In this document: positions 23,878 to 25,200 of the stretch, one piece after another
How the letters are laid out: each line of letters starts with the position of its first letter
Position numbering within the stretch: position 1 is the stretch's first letter
IMG/VR virus record: IMGVR_UViG_3300032277_000071
Coordinates: 1-25,200 of that record
Source: a virus
Taxonomy: Duplodnaviria; Caudoviricetes
Reading direction: 5' to 3' (one strand)
DNA length: 25,200 nucleotides
Position numbers and translations under genes: made by a program
The notes under the pieces: model-generated
Databases searched by the model: none
What the model was told of the DNA's origin: nothing
The model's input: the letters and a program-made list of their open reading frames with translations, nothing else

Positions 23878-25200
23878 ATGAACGATTTAAGGATAGTAAA
23901 TTTAAGTACCTACACAACGCCAGATATTGTAGAGAAGTCCAATAAGGAATGGGTTTCTTATGGTGCTGATAACAATTATTTTAAATACTTAATTGACCGT
24001 TACAATGGTAGCCCAACAAATAACGCTATTATAAACGGAATTAGTGAAATGATTTACGGTCGTGGACTAGATGCTTTAAATTCAAATAAAAAGCCTGAAC
24101 AGTACGCTAAAATGCTTTCTTTGTTTCATAAAGATATGGTACGTAAATTATGTTATGACCTTAAACTTATGGGTCAATGCGCTATGCAGGTAATTTATTC
24201 TAAGGATAAAAAAACCATTGCACAAGTTGAACATATACCTGTTGAAAACTTAAGAGCTGAAAAATGTAACGACAAAGGAGAAATAGAAGCATATTACTAT
24301 TCTGACAACTGGGCAAAGGTTAAGAACGTAGGGCACACAACTAGAATACCTGCTTTTGGTTGTAGTACTGAAAATATAGAGATTATATACGTAAAGCCTT
24401 ATAGAGCAGGATATAAATACTATTCTAGTCCTGATTATGCAGGTGGTTTACAATACGCAGAACTAGAGCAGGAGATAAGCAACTATCACTTAAACAATAT
24501 CCTAAACGGTTTAGCACCGTCAATGCTCATCAATTTCAATAACGGAACACCAAACGCAGAAGAACGCCAAGCGTTAGAAAATAGAATATATTCAAAGTTT
24601 AGCGGTTCAAGTAATGCAGGTAAATTTATACTAGCGTTTAACGACAATCCAGAAAGTGCAGCAACTATTGAGCCAATACAATTAAGCGAAGCGCATCAAC
24701 AATATCAATTTCTAAGTGATGAAAGTTCTAAGAAAGTTATGGTATCACACAGGGTTGTTAGTCCTATGCTTTTAGGAATTAAAGATAGTAGCGGTTTAGG
24801 TAATAATGCAGAAGAATTAAAGACTGCTAGTACCTTAATGGATAACACCGTTATAAGACCATTTCAGATGCTTTTAATAGATGCTTTTGATAGCATACTA
24901 GCTTACAATCAAATGAGCCTTAAACTGTACTTTAAAACGCTTCAACCTTTAGAATTTACAGACTTAGAAAACGTAGAAGATGCGGAAACACGAGAAGAAG
25001 AAACAGGGGTTAAACTTAGTCAAGATTTACCTGATGATTTAGGTAGTGATATAGCTGATGAATTAATAGACTTAGGAGAAAGCGAAGAAGAACTGCTTGA
25101 GGGATATGATTTAGTAGATGAAAGCGAAGTCGATTATGAGTTAAATGATGAACTAGACGAAGTTATAACAGACTTAAACACTGAGCCAGAGCAGTCAACA
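23878..25200 (+). CDS. Portal protein, 3'-truncated by window edge, absent from ORF track
   Basis: Open frame from ATG 23878 (MNDLRIVNL…YGADNNYF…SPTNNAII…YHLNNILNGLAPS…FSGSSNAGKF…HRVVSPMLLGI…VIRPFQ), matching the HK97-type portal pattern. Confidence 0.85.
   Translation, partial: MNDLRIVNLSTYTTPDIVEKSNKEWVSYGADNNYFKYLIDRYNGSPTNNAIINGISEMIYGRGLDALNSNKKPEQYAKMLSLFHKDMVRKLCYDLKLMGQCAMQVIYSKDKKTIAQVEHIPVENLRAEKCNDKGEIEAYYYSDNWAKVKNVGHTTRIPAFGCSTENIEIIYVKPYRAGYKYYSSPDYAGGLQYAELEQEISNYHLNNILNGLAPSMLINFNNGTPNAEERQALENRIYSKFSGSSNAGKFILAFNDNPESAATIEPIQLSEAHQQYQFLSDESSKKVMVSHRVVSPMLLGIKDSSGLGNNAEELKTASTLMDNTVIRPFQMLLIDAFDSILAYNQMSLKLYFKTLQPLEFTDLENVEDAETREEETGVKLSQDLPDDLGSDIADELIDLGESEEELLEGYDLVDESEVDYELNDELDEVITDLNTEPEQST

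Noticed and set aside
1-25200. CRISPR array, tRNA, diversity-generating retroelement, integrase/att site, stop-codon reassignment, introns or inteins
   Set aside because: No spaced repeat array, cloverleaf, reverse transcriptase or recombinase seen. Genes are full length under the standard code using TAA, TAG and TGA stops, and terL and capsid are of ordinary size.

Overview
AT-rich tailed dsDNA phage (long non-contractile-tail type gene set). The host is most likely in the Bacteroidota/Flavobacteriia, judged from TAnnTTTG -7 promoters and A-rich translation starts without Shine-Dalgarno sequences. All credible genes are on the + strand. Gene order: holin end, NinG-like nuclease, then an early/middle replication-modification block (annealing protein, SSB, RepA-like ATPase, PAPS-reductase-family protein, ECF-like sigma factor, three PD-(D/E)XK nucleases, 5'-3' exonuclease, C5 and N6/N4 methyltransferases, DUF3310, many micro-ORFs). 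A rearranged morphogenesis block follows: terminase, frameshifted tail chaperone, tail genes, tape measure, protease, scaffold, capsid, tail tube, portal. No integrase, repressor, primase or polymerase is visible in the window. Best leads: (1) a ~70-nt small RNA (about 963-1030) bounded by a promoter and a terminator, whose 5' end is antisense to the translation-initiation regions of several early genes; (2) a five-copy bipartite late promoter, YAAA-N15-TTATATAT, placed so that four late mRNAs would be leaderless; (3) sliding-clamp-type motifs at the C-termini of both methyltransferases and the PAPS-reductase-family protein; (4) an unannotated -1 frameshift ORF. All calls come from reading motifs by eye; no searches were run.
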